Part shown: one piece after another, positions 51,740 through 61,429 of the stretch
Position numbering within the stretch: position 1 is the first letter of the stretch
Layout of the letters: the number at the start of each line of letters is the position of its first letter
Source: Candidatus Fervidifonticultor sextus
GTDB taxonomy: Bacteria > Sysuimicrobiota > Sysuimicrobiia > Sysuimicrobiales > Humicultoraceae
Length of the DNA stretch: 64,000 bases
Reading direction: 5' to 3'
Assembly: GCA_031459875.1 (NCBI GenBank)
Contig: JAVKHQ010000001.1
Span: forward strand, 1-64,000
Notes under the pieces: generated by a model
Database searches by the model: none
Told to the model about the DNA's origin: nothing
Seen by the model: the letters and a program-made list of their open reading frames with translations, nothing else
Made by a program: the position numbers and the translations under genes

Positions 51740-52804
51740 CTAGCGCGCTGCGGCCCGCGGCCGCGTGGGCATCAGCCCGGCGGCCAGCAGGGACTCGGCG
51801 ATCTGGATCGCGTTCAGCGCCGCGCCCTTGCGGAGGTTGTCCGAGGCCATCACCAGGCGCAGGGCCCGGGGGTCGAACGGATCGGCCCGCAGACGCCCCA
51901 CGTAGACGGGATCGCGGCCCGCCGCCAGGTGCGGGGTGGGCACGCGGTCGCTGGCAGGATCGTCCACCACCTCGACCCCGGGGAACGCCGCCAGGACGTC
52001 CCGGGCCTCCGCAGGGTTCAGCGGCCGGTCCAGGTCCAGGTGCACGGCCAGGGTGTGTCCCACCAGCACGGGCACCCGCATGGTCGTCACGCTGACGGCG
52101 ATGTCCGCCGCCAGGATCTTGCGTGTCTCGGCGACGACCTTCGCCTCCTCCTCGGTCTCGCCGTCTGGCTGCCACTTCCACTGCGGCCGCACGTTGAAGG
52201 CGACAGGATTGGGCACCCCGGCCGCGGTCGCGATGCGGTCGAGATCGCCGCTCTCCAGCGCCTCGGGGACCTCCAGCAGGCGCCGGGTGTGGTCGAGCAG
52301 CGCCCGCATGTTGTCGAGCCCGCCGCCGGAGACCGACTGATACGTGGCCACGACGCACCGCCGGATCCCCGCGGCGTCGTGGAGCGGCTTGAGCGCCATC
52401 ACCAGCGCGGCCGTGGTGCAGTTCGGGTTGGCAATGACCCCCTGGTGCCCGCGCAGGGCCTGGCCGTTGACCTCGGGCACCACCAGCGGCACGCGGGGAT
52501 CCATCCGCCAGGTGGACGAGTTGTCCACCGCCACCCCGCCGCGCTCGGCGACCGCCCAGGCGTAGCGCCGGCTGGCGTCGTCGCCGCCGGCGAACAGGAC
52601 CAGGTCGGCGTCCAGCAGCCCCTCGCCCGTTTCTTCCACGACGAGCGGCTTCCCCCCAAACAAGATCTCCTTTCCCGCGGACCGGGCGGTGGCAAACACC
52701 CGCAGGCGGGCGATGGGGAAGCGGCGTTCCTCCAGGATGCGGACCATGGCGCCGCCGACCACTCCGGTGGCGCCGACGACAGCGACGTGCAGGCCGGGTT
52801 CCAC
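51740..52804 (-). CDS. asd: aspartate-semialdehyde dehydrogenase
   Basis: VVGATGVVG, DNSSTWRM, IANPNCTT, YQSVSGGG, DNLRKGAALN. Confidence 0.96.
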   Translation of the reverse strand: MEPGLHVAVVGATGVVGGAMVRILEERRFPIARLRVFATARSAGKEILFGGKPLVVEETGEGLLDADLVLFAGGDDASRRYAWAVAERGGVAVDNSSTWRMDPRVPLVVPEVNGQALRGHQGVIANPNCTTAALVMALKPLHDAAGIRRCVVATYQSVSGGGLDNMRALLDHTRRLLEVPEALESGDLDRIATAAGVPNPVAFNVRPQWKWQPDGETEEEAKVVAETRKILAADIAVSVTTMRVPVLVGHTLAVHLDLDRPLNPAEARDVLAAFPGVEVVDDPASDRVPTPHLAAGRDPVYVGRLRADPFDPRALRLVMASDNLRKGAALNAIQIAESLLAAGLMPTRPRAAAR

Positions 52805-52823
52805 GATGCCTCCTCCCTGCGTA

Positions 52824-53630
52824 TTAGCGTAATGCTAGCAGATGCTCCAGTCCGTAGACCAGTCCCTGCAGGTCGCCCACCCGCCGGATGGCGAGCAGCA
52901 GGCCGGGCATGAACGACTCTTCATTGAGCGAATCGTGCCGGATGGTCAACGTCTGGCCCGGGCCGCCAAAGATGATCTCCTGGTGGGCGACCAGCCCGGG
53001 CAGGCGCACGCTGTGGACGCGGACGCCGTCGCTGGTCCCCCCGCGCGCCCCGATGACCAACTCTTCCTCCTTGACCGCCGGCGCCGGCGGATCGCCCCGC
53101 GCCTCCGCGATCAGCCGCGCGGTCCTAAGCGCCGTGCCCGACGGCGCGTCGCGCTTACGGTCGTGATGCAGTTCGATGATCTCCGCGTGGGGGAGAAACC
53201 GGGCGGCGGTCCGGGCGAACTCCATCATGAGGACGGCGCCGACGGCGAAGTTGGGGGCGATCACGGCGCCGACCCGCCGCTGCGCGGCCAGGGCGGTGAG
53301 GGCGCCGATTTCCTCCGTGGAGAGGCCGGTGCTGCCGACCACCGGCCGGACGCCGGCCTCGAGTGCGGCCCTCGCGTGCTCGCCGGCGGCGCGGCCCGGG
53401 GCGAACTCCACCAGGACGTCAGGCTGCGCCGCCACCACGGCGTCGAACTCGGCCGTGATCGCCACACCCAGGGGACCGGCGCCGGCCACCTCGCCGGCGT
53501 CCTGCCCGACGCCCCGCTCGCGGCCCAGCGCCGCCACCAGGCGGAGGTCGGGCTCGCGGGCGATGGCGCGCACGGCCGCGCGGCCCATCCGGCCCGCGGC
53601 GCCGCTCACGGCGATCCGAATGGGATCCAT
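52824..53630 (-). CDS. dapB: 4-hydroxy-tetrahydrodipicolinate reductase
   Basis: GAAGRMG, APNFAVG, EIIELHHDRKRDAPSGTA. Confidence 0.96.
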   Translation of the reverse strand: MDPIRIAVSGAAGRMGRAAVRAIAREPDLRLVAALGRERGVGQDAGEVAGAGPLGVAITAEFDAVVAAQPDVLVEFAPGRAAGEHARAALEAGVRPVVGSTGLSTEEIGALTALAAQRRVGAVIAPNFAVGAVLMMEFARTAARFLPHAEIIELHHDRKRDAPSGTALRTARLIAEARGDPPAPAVKEEELVIGARGGTSDGVRVHSVRLPGLVAHQEIIFGGPGQTLTIRHDSLNEESFMPGLLLAIRRVGDLQGLVYGLEHLLALR

Positions 53631-53796
53631 TTGGAAGGAGGGATTCGACGCGAGGAGGTCACCCTCCCGCGTGGTGTACCCTACTGCGCGATGCCGACGA
53701 CGCGACCAAGACCCCCGACGCCTTCACCGCGGCCACCGGGTACCACCGCAAGGCTCCGGGGATCCTCTGCGTGGCGGGCGGGGTGATGCCGGCGGA

Positions 53797-53816
53797 GGGC
53801 GGGGGCACCCCCGCCC
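53797..53816 (-). terminator. possible terminator hairpin after the M16 peptidase gene
   Basis: GGGCGGGGG-CA-CCCCCGCCC inverted repeat; no U tract. Confidence 0.4.
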
Positions 53817-53832
53817 GGCGGTGGACCCTGGT

Positions 53833-55146
53833 TTACACCGCCGTCGTCGCGACGGGCGCAGGAGTGAGACGGGCGAGCGAGGCGGTAAACGTCCGCTCCA
53901 GCTCCGCCCGGGAGGCCGCCTGGGTGCCAAACGGCCCGATGGCCGCCATCGCCATCTGGTCCGGGGTGAAGATCTCCGTCGCCATCTTCGCCACGTCGGC
54001 GGCGGTGACCGCGTCGATGCGCGCCAGGATCTCGTCGAACTCGATCTGCCGGCCGTAGTAGAGTTCGGAGCGGGCGAGTTTGCTCATGCGGCTGCCCGTG
54101 CTCTCCAGCGAGAGCATGATGCTACCCTTCAGCGACTCCTTGGCCCGGTGCAGTTCGGCCTCGTCCAGGGCGGCCGGCAGCCGCGCGATCTCCTCGATGG
54201 TGAGCCGCATCACCTCGGGCGCGTTCTCCGGGCTCATGGCGGCGTAGATCACGAACAGCCCGCCCTCGCGGTAGGAGGCCGAGTACGACGCGATGGTGTA
54301 GACCAGGCCGCGCGTCTCGCGGATCTCCTGGAACAGGCGGCTGCTCATCCCCCCGCCCAGGAGGTTGTCGAGGACCGCCAGCACGTAGCGGTCCTCGTCG
54401 CCCTGGGCCCGGCCGCGGGTGGCCAGGCACAGGTGGACCTGTTCGATCTCCTTGGTCTTCAGGTTCACGGCCGGCGACGGGGTCGGGATCTCCGTGGGCA
54501 GGTGGGTGGTCCGACCGTCCCACCCGGCCAGGTGCTGGGCCACGAGGTCCACCACGGCCTCGTGGCGGATGTCTCCGGCCACGCTGATGACGATGTTGTC
54601 CGGCCGGTAGCGCTTCTCGATGTAGCGGACGAAGTCTTCGCGGGTGAGTTTCGCCACGGCTTTGCGCGTACCGATGACCGAGCGTCCCAGCGGGTGGCCG
54701 TCCCAGATCGTCTGGGTGATCAGGTCCTGGACCACCTCGTCGGGGGAGTCCTCGTAGGTCTTGATCTCCTCGATGACCACCTGGCGCTCGCGTTCGATGG
54801 CGTCGGGGTCGAACGCCGAGTTCAGCAGCATGTCGGCCAGCAGTTCGACGATGGCGGGCAGGTGGTTGGCCAGGACCTTGACGTAGAAGCAGGTGTGCTC
54901 CCGGTCGGTGAAGGCGTTCATCTGGCCGCCCAGGGCGTCCACCGCCTGGGCGATCACCAGCGCCGAGCGGGTGTGGGTGCCCTTAAAGAAGAGGTGCTCC
55001 AGGAAGTGCGAGATCCCGTGCTGGCTGGCGGGTTCGTACCGCGAGCCGGTTCCCACCCAGATCCCCAGCGAGGCCGTGCGGACCTGGGGCATGGCTTCGG
55101 TGACCACCCGGATGCCGTTGGGGAGCACGGACTTCGCAAGCTCCAT
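53833..55146 (-). CDS. M16 family zinc peptidase (MlpA-like)
   Basis: HFLEH (HxxEH), NAFT, GGGMSSRLFQEIRE. Confidence 0.93.
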   Translation of the reverse strand: MELAKSVLPNGIRVVTEAMPQVRTASLGIWVGTGSRYEPASQHGISHFLEHLFFKGTHTRSALVIAQAVDALGGQMNAFTDREHTCFYVKVLANHLPAIVELLADMLLNSAFDPDAIERERQVVIEEIKTYEDSPDEVVQDLITQTIWDGHPLGRSVIGTRKAVAKLTREDFVRYIEKRYRPDNIVISVAGDIRHEAVVDLVAQHLAGWDGRTTHLPTEIPTPSPAVNLKTKEIEQVHLCLATRGRAQGDEDRYVLAVLDNLLGGGMSSRLFQEIRETRGLVYTIASYSASYREGGLFVIYAAMSPENAPEVMRLTIEEIARLPAALDEAELHRAKESLKGSIMLSLESTGSRMSKLARSELYYGRQIEFDEILARIDAVTAADVAKMATEIFTPDQMAMAAIGPFGTQAASRAELERTFTASLARLTPAPVATTAV

Positions 55147-55161
55147 GGCAGCCTCCCGGTT

Positions 55162-57411
55162 CTAGGGATGCGGTCGCCTCGCCGGCCGGGGGCCGCCGCG
55201 GCGCCGCGGCGGCCGCCCATCGCGGGGCCGACTGCCCGGCCCCCGCAGGCCCCGCGGCCGCGACGAGACGTCCACGGGCTGGCGGTCCTCGTACCGCTCG
55301 TCCCAGCCCTCCGGCGGCGGCTTCGTCCCGCGGTGGGTCAGGTTGATCCGGCCCATGCTGTCGATCTCTTTGACCTTGACGTCGATCTCATCGCCGACCT
55401 TAACCACGTCCTCGACCTTGTTCACATGGTCGTAGGACAGCTCCGAGATGTGGACGAGGCCCTCCTTGCCCGGCGAGAGTTCCACGAACGCGCCGAAGTT
55501 CATCAGGCGCGTCACGCGGCCGCGGTAGGTGTCGCCGACCTGCACCTCGTGGACCAGCGCCTCGATCATGGCGGCCGCGCGCCGGGCCGCCTCCTCGTTG
55601 ACCGAGGCGATGGTGACCCGGCCGTCCTGCTCGATGTCGATCTTGGTGCCGGTCTCGGCCGTGATCTTGTTGATGACCTTGCCGCCGGGCCCGATGACCT
55701 CCCGGATCTTCTCGGGGTTGATCTGGATCGTCACGATGCGCGGGGCGTAGGGCGACAGGATCGTGCGCGGCGCGGGGATGGCCTGGGCCATGGCGTCCAG
55801 GATCACCATCCGGGCCTCCCGCGCCTGGGCCAGGGCCTCGGCGAGGATCGCCCGCGACAGGCCGGCGATCTTGATGTCCATCTGGAGGGCTGTCACCCCG
55901 CGGCGGGTGCCGGCGACCTTGAAGTCCATGTCGCCCATGGCATCCTCGATCCCCTGGATGTCGGTGAGGACCGCATAGCGGCCGTCTTGGCCGCTGACTA
56001 GGCCCATGGCGATGCCGCCGACCGGCGCCCGGATGGGCACGCCAGCGTCCATCAGGGCCAGGGTCGAGCCGCAGACCGAGGCCATGGATGTGCTGCCGTT
56101 GGACTCCAAGACCTCGGAGACGATCCGGATGGTGTAGGGGAACTGGTCCTCGGGCGGGATCATCCGCTCCAGCGCCCGCTCGGCCAGCGCGCCGTGCCCC
56201 ACCTCGCGCCGGCCGGGGCTGCGCAGGGGTCGGACCTCGCCCACGGAGAACGGCGGGAAGGAGTAGTGATGCATGAACCGCTTGAACTCGCGGATGCCGA
56301 TGTCGTCCAGTCGCTGCTCGTCTTCGCCCGTGCCCAGCGTGACGATGGAGAGGACCTGGGTCTGTCCCCGCTGGAACAGCCCGGACCCGTGGGTGCGGGG
56401 CAGCAGCCCCACCGCGCACGCCAGCGGCCGGATGTCTTTGGGCCCGCGGCCGTCGGGCCGCACGCCGTCGACGAGGATGCGCCGGCGGACCTCCTCCTTG
56501 ACGATGGCGGTGATGACCTCGCCGATGCTGCCGGCCTGATCGGGGAACTGCTCTACCAGCTTCGCCGAGACTTCGGCCTCGACCGCCCGCAGCGCGTCCT
56601 CGCGCGCCAGTTTCTCCGGGTGCGACAGGGCGTCGCGTACCAGCGGCAGGGCGGCCTCCCGGACGGCGGCCTCCAGGGCCGGATCGGGCGCAAACAGGGT
56701 GACCTGGCGGGGCGGCTTCCCCGCCACGGCCTGCAGCTGGCGCTGGGCGGCGACGATCCGCCGGATCTCGACCTGCGCCAGATCGATGGCGTCCAGGAGC
56801 TGCTCCTCCGGTACCTCGTCGGCACCGGCCTCGACCATGATGATGGCCTCCTCGGTACCCGCCACGATGAGGTCGAGCCGGCTCTCCTCTTCCACCTGGC
56901 GCATGGTGGGGTTGATCACCAGCCGGTCGCCGATCAGGCCGACGCGCACGGCCCCGATCGGGCCGCCGAAGGGAATCCCGGAGATGACCAGGGCCGCCGA
57001 GGCCCCGTTCATGGCCGCGACCCCGGGGTCGTGCTCCTGGTCGGTCGAGAGCACGGTGGCGATGACCTGGACGTCGTTGCGGAACCCTTTGGGGAACAGC
57101 GGCCGGATCGGCCGGTCGATGAGCCGAGAGGTCAGGATGGCCCGCTCGCCGGGCCGGCCCTCCCGCTTGAAGAACCCCCCGGGGATCTTCCCGGCGGCGT
57201 ACATCTTTTCCTCGAAGTCGCATGTCAGCGGGAAGAAGTCGATCCCCTCCCGCACCGTCTCGGACATGGTGGCCGTCACCAGGACGACGGTCTCGCCCAT
57301 GGTGACGGTCACGGCGCCGTGGGCTTGCCTGGCGAGCAGACCCGTCTCGAAGACGATCCGCTCGCCGCCGACCTCGGCCTCGGCGCGACGAACCAGCGAT
57401 GCCAGATCCAT
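55162..57411 (-). CDS. pnp: polyribonucleotide nucleotidyltransferase
   Basis: [39 protein letters not shown] and S1 domains. Confidence 0.98.
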   Translation of the reverse strand: MDLASLVRRAEAEVGGERIVFETGLLARQAHGAVTVTMGETVVLVTATMSETVREGIDFFPLTCDFEEKMYAAGKIPGGFFKREGRPGERAILTSRLIDRPIRPLFPKGFRNDVQVIATVLSTDQEHDPGVAAMNGASAALVISGIPFGGPIGAVRVGLIGDRLVINPTMRQVEEESRLDLIVAGTEEAIIMVEAGADEVPEEQLLDAIDLAQVEIRRIVAAQRQLQAVAGKPPRQVTLFAPDPALEAAVREAALPLVRDALSHPEKLAREDALRAVEAEVSAKLVEQFPDQAGSIGEVITAIVKEEVRRRILVDGVRPDGRGPKDIRPLACAVGLLPRTHGSGLFQRGQTQVLSIVTLGTGEDEQRLDDIGIREFKRFMHHYSFPPFSVGEVRPLRSPGRREVGHGALAERALERMIPPEDQFPYTIRIVSEVLESNGSTSMASVCGSTLALMDAGVPIRAPVGGIAMGLVSGQDGRYAVLTDIQGIEDAMGDMDFKVAGTRRGVTALQMDIKIAGLSRAILAEALAQAREARMVILDAMAQAIPAPRTILSPYAPRIVTIQINPEKIREVIGPGGKVINKITAETGTKIDIEQDGRVTIASVNEEAARRAAAMIEALVHEVQVGDTYRGRVTRLMNFGAFVELSPGKEGLVHISELSYDHVNKVEDVVKVGDEIDVKVKEIDSMGRINLTHRGTKPPPEGWDERYEDRQPVDVSSRPRGLRGPGSRPRDGRPPRRRGGPRPARRPHP

Positions 57412-57491
57412 TCGATTGACCGTCCTTCCTGTGCTGTTTCAGGTATGCAGGCTCCGGCGGTGCGCGTGCGCGGAGGTGCGCGCCGGGCAGG

Positions 57492-57758
57492 CTACCGCCG
57501 CAGTCCCAACTCGTCCACCAGACGCCGGTACGTGGAGATGTCCGTCCGCTCGAGGTAGGCCAGCAGCCGGCGTCGATTCCCGACCATCTTGAGCAAGCCC
57601 CGCCGGGAGTGGAAGTCCTTGGGGTGGGCCTTGAGGTGCTCGGTGAGCTGGTTGATCCGCTCGGTCAGCAGGGCCACCTGGACCTCCGGGGACCCGGTAT
57701 CCCCACCGTGCCGCCGGTACTTCCCGAGGATCGTCTGCTTGGCCTCAGATTTGAGCAT
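57492..57758 (-). CDS. rpsO: 30S ribosomal protein S15
   Basis: [13 protein letters not shown]...[25 protein letters not shown]. Confidence 0.98.
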   Translation of the reverse strand: MLKSEAKQTILGKYRRHGGDTGSPEVQVALLTERINQLTEHLKAHPKDFHSRRGLLKMVGNRRRLLAYLERTDISTYRRLVDELGLRR

Positions 57759-57923
57759 CGGGGTTCCTCCTGCGCCGTTGCGCGTCCGGTCCGTCGCCCA
57801 GAGCCGAGGCGCCGCTGGAGGAGCGGACGTCCCCGCTCGGGCCACCGACCATACTAGCACAGCCCCGTCCTCCCCACAAACCATCTTTGTCATGGTTTTG
57901 GCTGTAGATATAACAATATCTAA

Positions 57924-58865
57924 CTATTTCGCCAACCTGTTACCGATTTCGAGCACCTCACGGGTCCTCGCGATGTCGGCGGCCATCTGGGCCTTGAGTG
58001 CGTCCACGCCGTCGAACCGGCGCTCGTCCCTGAGCCGTTCGACAAACGCGAGTTCCAGAGGTTGCCCGTAGAGATCCACGTCGGCGTCGAGGAGATGGGC
58101 CTCCACGGTCAGGCGGTCTCCACCGAACGTGGGGCGCAGGCCGACGTTGACCGCGGCGCGGTGCGTCTGGCCCCGGGCTGTGGCGTACGCGGCGTAGACG
58201 CCCCTGGCCGGAACGACCTTTTCTGCGGGCACCAGGAGGTTCGCGGTCGGCACGCCCAGCCGGCGGCCGCGGCCCTCGCCCGGCACCACCGTGCCGCGAA
58301 TCGAGTACCATTGGCCCAGCCACTCGCCGGCGGTCCGCACATCCCCCTCGCGCAGTCGGTCCCGGATCGCAGTACTGCTGATGACCGTCCCCGCGTTGGT
58401 CACGGGCGGCACGACCGTGACGCCGATGCGCCGCCGAGCGGCCCAGGCCTCCAGGAACGCCGGCGTCCCCTCCCGGTCCCGACCGAAGGCGTGGGTCGAC
58501 GAGAGCACAAAACGGCGGGGGCCGATCCGGTCTGCCAGCAGGTCCAGCCAGTCCGCCGCGCTCATCTGCCGCACCGCCTCTGTGAACCGCACGACCACGA
58601 GCATGTCGACTCCCATGGCGGCCAGCAGCGCGACGCGTTCTTCCAGGGTCGTCAGGAGGAAGGGCGCCTCCGGCGGCGCAATGATAGTCAGAGGGTGCGG
58701 GTCAAAGGTCAGGACGACCGCGTCCCCATCCTCCTGCGCGGCCGCCTCGCAGACCGTCCGGATCACCGCCCGGTGGCCCAGGTGCACGCCATCGAACGTC
58801 CCCAGGGCAAGGCAGACCGGCCGGCCGCAAGGACGGTACGCGTCGAGCCCCTCGACGATGATCAT
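57924..58865 (-). CDS. ribF: bifunctional riboflavin kinase/FAD synthetase
   Basis: GTFDGVHLGH, ISSTAIR, GRRLGVPTAN, RPTF, EAHLLD. Confidence 0.96.
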   Translation of the reverse strand: MIIVEGLDAYRPCGRPVCLALGTFDGVHLGHRAVIRTVCEAAAQEDGDAVVLTFDPHPLTIIAPPEAPFLLTTLEERVALLAAMGVDMLVVVRFTEAVRQMSAADWLDLLADRIGPRRFVLSSTHAFGRDREGTPAFLEAWAARRRIGVTVVPPVTNAGTVISSTAIRDRLREGDVRTAGEWLGQWYSIRGTVVPGEGRGRRLGVPTANLLVPAEKVVPARGVYAAYATARGQTHRAAVNVGLRPTFGGDRLTVEAHLLDADVDLYGQPLELAFVERLRDERRFDGVDALKAQMAADIARTREVLEIGNRLAK

Positions 58866-59809
58866 GGCGTCCCGGGCCCGCGCAGGACCCTGAACGGGCG
58901 GAGCCGCCCGGCCTCCACCCGGGCCAGCGCCAGCAGCCCGCGGCTGTCGCGCACGCGGATCGGCCGCGACGGCGGCAGGCTGGCCCAGCCCGGTACCTGG
59001 AACAGCGGCAGCGGTCGGCCGTCCAGCACCTGATGCCGCTGCAGGGCCGTGACCTCGACGGCTGGCAGATCCTCAAGGGCCTCGTCCATGGACGCCAGGA
59101 ATGTGGGCAGTCGGTCGTCGGCCACCGCGGCCGCGGCCTCCTCCAGCGTCAGGCTGTCGCGCACGTGGAAGCGCCCGACCCGGGTGCGCAGCACGAACGA
59201 CGCGTGCGCGCCGGTCCCCAGCCGCTGGCCGAGGTCGCGCGCCAGCGCCCGGATGTAGGTCCCCTTGGAGCATTCGACCTGCACCAGCGCCGAGGCCCGC
59301 ACCCCGGGGGTGAAGTCCAGCAACCGGCACTCGGTGATCTCCACCCGGCGCGGCTCCACGTCCACCACGTCGCCCCTGCGGGCGGCCTCGTAGAGCCGCT
59401 GACCGCCCCTGCGCACCGCGGAGACCATGGGGGGAATCTGGTCGAATGCTCCCACGAAGCCCGCCAGCGCCGCCTCAACGGTCGCGCGGTCGAGGGACGA
59501 CGCATCGGCTTCGCCGGTGACCGCGCCGTAGGCGTCCCCCGTGTCGGTCGCCACGCCGAAGGTGAACTCCGCCCGATACCCCTTGCGCTGATCGGTGAGG
59601 AACTCGGCGATGCGGGTCGCGGCCCCCAGACAGCAGACCAGCACGCCGCAGGCCCCCGGGTCCAGGGTCCCGGTATGGCCGACGCGCCGCATGCCGAGCA
59701 GCCGCCGCAGTTCGTCGATGACGTCGTGGGACGTCATGCCCGGCGGTTTGAGCAGGTTGAGGACGCCGACGAAGGGCGCGGGTCCGCTAGCAGCCTTCCG
59801 GGGCGTCAT
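58862..59809 (-). CDS. truB: tRNA pseudouridine(55) synthase
   Basis: KPPGMTSHD, GHTGTLDP, CSKGTYIRALARDLG. Confidence 0.96.
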   Translation of the reverse strand: MTPRKAASGPAPFVGVLNLLKPPGMTSHDVIDELRRLLGMRRVGHTGTLDPGACGVLVCCLGAATRIAEFLTDQRKGYRAEFTFGVATDTGDAYGAVTGEADASSLDRATVEAALAGFVGAFDQIPPMVSAVRRGGQRLYEAARRGDVVDVEPRRVEITECRLLDFTPGVRASALVQVECSKGTYIRALARDLGQRLGTGAHASFVLRTRVGRFHVRDSLTLEEAAAAVADDRLPTFLASMDEALEDLPAVEVTALQRHQVLDGRPLPLFQVPGWASLPPSRPIRVRDSRGLLALARVEAGRLRPFRVLRGPGTP

Positions 59810-60776
59810 CAGGCCCTCCGGTGACCTCGAGGGCGGCGGCGTCCAGGGCACGGCGCACCACCTCCCGCAGCGCGCCGCTGACTTCCGCGCCGGCCGCGGC
59901 GCGGTGCCCGCCCCCACCCAGGGCCCTCGCCACGCGGTCCGCTCTGGCCCCGTCCCGGGTGCGGATCGATACGCGCACCCCTCCTTCCCGGTCCTCAAAG
60001 GTCATCGCCACCCGGACGCCGGCGATCGTCCGGAGCACGCCTGCAACGCCCGAGGCCTCTTCGGCCGTGGCGCCGGCGGCGGCCAGCATCGCCGGGGTGA
60101 TCAACGTCGTCGCCACCGCGCCGCCGTGGTGGAGCGTCAGGCCGGCGAGCGCGTGGCCCAGCAGGCGCAGGGCCGATGGGGGCCGGTCCTCGTAGACGGC
60201 GCGCACAATCTCGTGGATCGTCACCCCTCGCTCCACCAGGTCAGCGGCCAGGCGCAGGGTCCTGGGCGTCGTGTTCGCGTACCGGAAGGCGCCCGTATCT
60301 GTCACCAGCGCCGTCAGCAGCCCGAGCGCGATGGGCCGATCGATGGGGGCGCCCAGACGGGCGATCAGGTCGGCCACCTGCTCCCCCACCGCCGCGGCGG
60401 CCGGATCCCAGTCCGTGAGGTGCGCGTAGGGGGTGTGGTCGGCGTGGTGGTCGATGGCCGCGATGACCCCGGCCCGTCGGATCGCCGCCTCCAGGGGGCC
60501 GCACCGATCCAGGCTGCTGCACTCCATGGTCACGGCGACCTCGACGGCATCGGCGTCATCCACGCCGGCGACAACCCCTCCGGCTCCGGGGAGGAACCGG
60601 AGCGAGGGGGGGACGCCGTCTGGGCTGGCCACCGTGGCGGCCACACCGAGGCGATCCAGGGCCGCCGCCAGCGCGAGTCCGGCGCCGAGGCAGTCGCCGT
60701 CGGGACCCACATGGCAGACGATGAGGACGCGCCGGCTAGCCCGCAGCGTCCGGGCGATGGCCGCCCGCTCCTCCAC
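59787..60776 (-). CDS. nrnA: DHH/DHHA1 oligoribonuclease / pAp phosphatase
   Basis: HVGPDGD, IDHH, TDTG, GGGHRAAAG. Confidence 0.9.
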   Translation of the reverse strand: MEERAAIARTLRASRRVLIVCHVGPDGDCLGAGLALAAALDRLGVAATVASPDGVPPSLRFLPGAGGVVAGVDDADAVEVAVTMECSSLDRCGPLEAAIRRAGVIAAIDHHADHTPYAHLTDWDPAAAAVGEQVADLIARLGAPIDRPIALGLLTALVTDTGAFRYANTTPRTLRLAADLVERGVTIHEIVRAVYEDRPPSALRLLGHALAGLTLHHGGAVATTLITPAMLAAAGATAEEASGVAGVLRTIAGVRVAMTFEDREGGVRVSIRTRDGARADRVARALGGGGHRAAAGAEVSGALREVVRRALDAAALEVTGGPDDAPEGC

Positions 60777-61122
60777 CCGATCCCTCCTCGACCTCCCGCA
60801 TCAAAGAGACGACGCGGGTGCCGCGTTCGATGGACTTGTCGAGGCGAAAGAGGATCTCGGGCACGAACCGCACCTGGAGCCGCGCGCCGAGGGCAGAGCG
60901 GATGTGACCCCGCGCGCGCTCCAGTCCCTCCATCGAGCGCTGCTTGGCCAGATCGTCCCCCAGCACGCTGACGAAGATCTTGGCGTGCCGCAGATCGGCG
61001 CTGACCACCACGTCGGTGATCGAGACGAACCCGATACGCGGGTCCTTGAGTTCACGCTGGATGATCTCGCTGGCCTCGGTGCGGATGACCTCGGCGAGGC
61101 GCTCGGCGCGGGTGGGAGGCAT
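60736..61122 (-). CDS. rbfA: ribosome-binding factor A
   Basis: RAERLAE...KDPRIGFVSITDV...DLRHAK...RFVPEILFRLD. Confidence 0.95.
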   Translation of the reverse strand: MPPTRAERLAEVIRTEASEIIQRELKDPRIGFVSITDVVVSADLRHAKIFVSVLGDDLAKQRSMEGLERARGHIRSALGARLQVRFVPEILFRLDKSIERGTRVVSLMREVEEGSGGGAGGHRPDAAG

Positions 61123-61137
61123 CGTGGCTGGCTCCAT

Positions 61138-61425
61138 CTATCGCATCTCGATCTGGACGTCCATCAGGACCACCTCGCCCTGGTGGTCGACGAAGTCGGC
61201 CACCCGCGCAAGGACAGCATGGGCGTGCCGGGCGGAGGTGGAGATACAGGCAAAGGCCAGCGTCGCCCGCCGCCACTGCTCATGGTGGTCCACCTCGGCG
61301 GCGCTCACGCGGAACCGCTGCTGTGCCCGCTCGATCAGGCTCGTGATCGCGCGGCGCTTGTCCTTCAGCCCCCGCGCGCCCGGCAGGCCCACTTCGACCC
61401 GTGCGACCCCCACGACGATGGACAC
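61138..61425 (-). CDS. DUF503 (YlxP) family protein
   Basis: LKDKRR...F.VSAAEVDH...W pattern; between infB and rbfA. Confidence 0.9.
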   Translation of the reverse strand: MSIVVGVARVEVGLPGARGLKDKRRAITSLIERAQQRFRVSAAEVDHHEQWRRATLAFACISTSARHAHAVLARVADFVDHQGEVVLMDVQIEMR

Positions 61426-61429
61426 GTCC

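Noticed and set aside
53791..53800. 10-bp match (GGCGGAGGGC) to the tRNA-Sec 3' end as a possible att site
   Set aside because: Too short for GC-rich DNA; the intervening 32 kb is core genes with no integrase
53176..56001. Long antisense or alternate-frame ORFs (e.g. 53176-56001 +, 13676-16276 +, 30051-32564 +, 216-2207 -)
   Set aside because: They lie opposite well-conserved genes and have no recognisable motifs; stop-codon scarcity in high-GC DNA explains them
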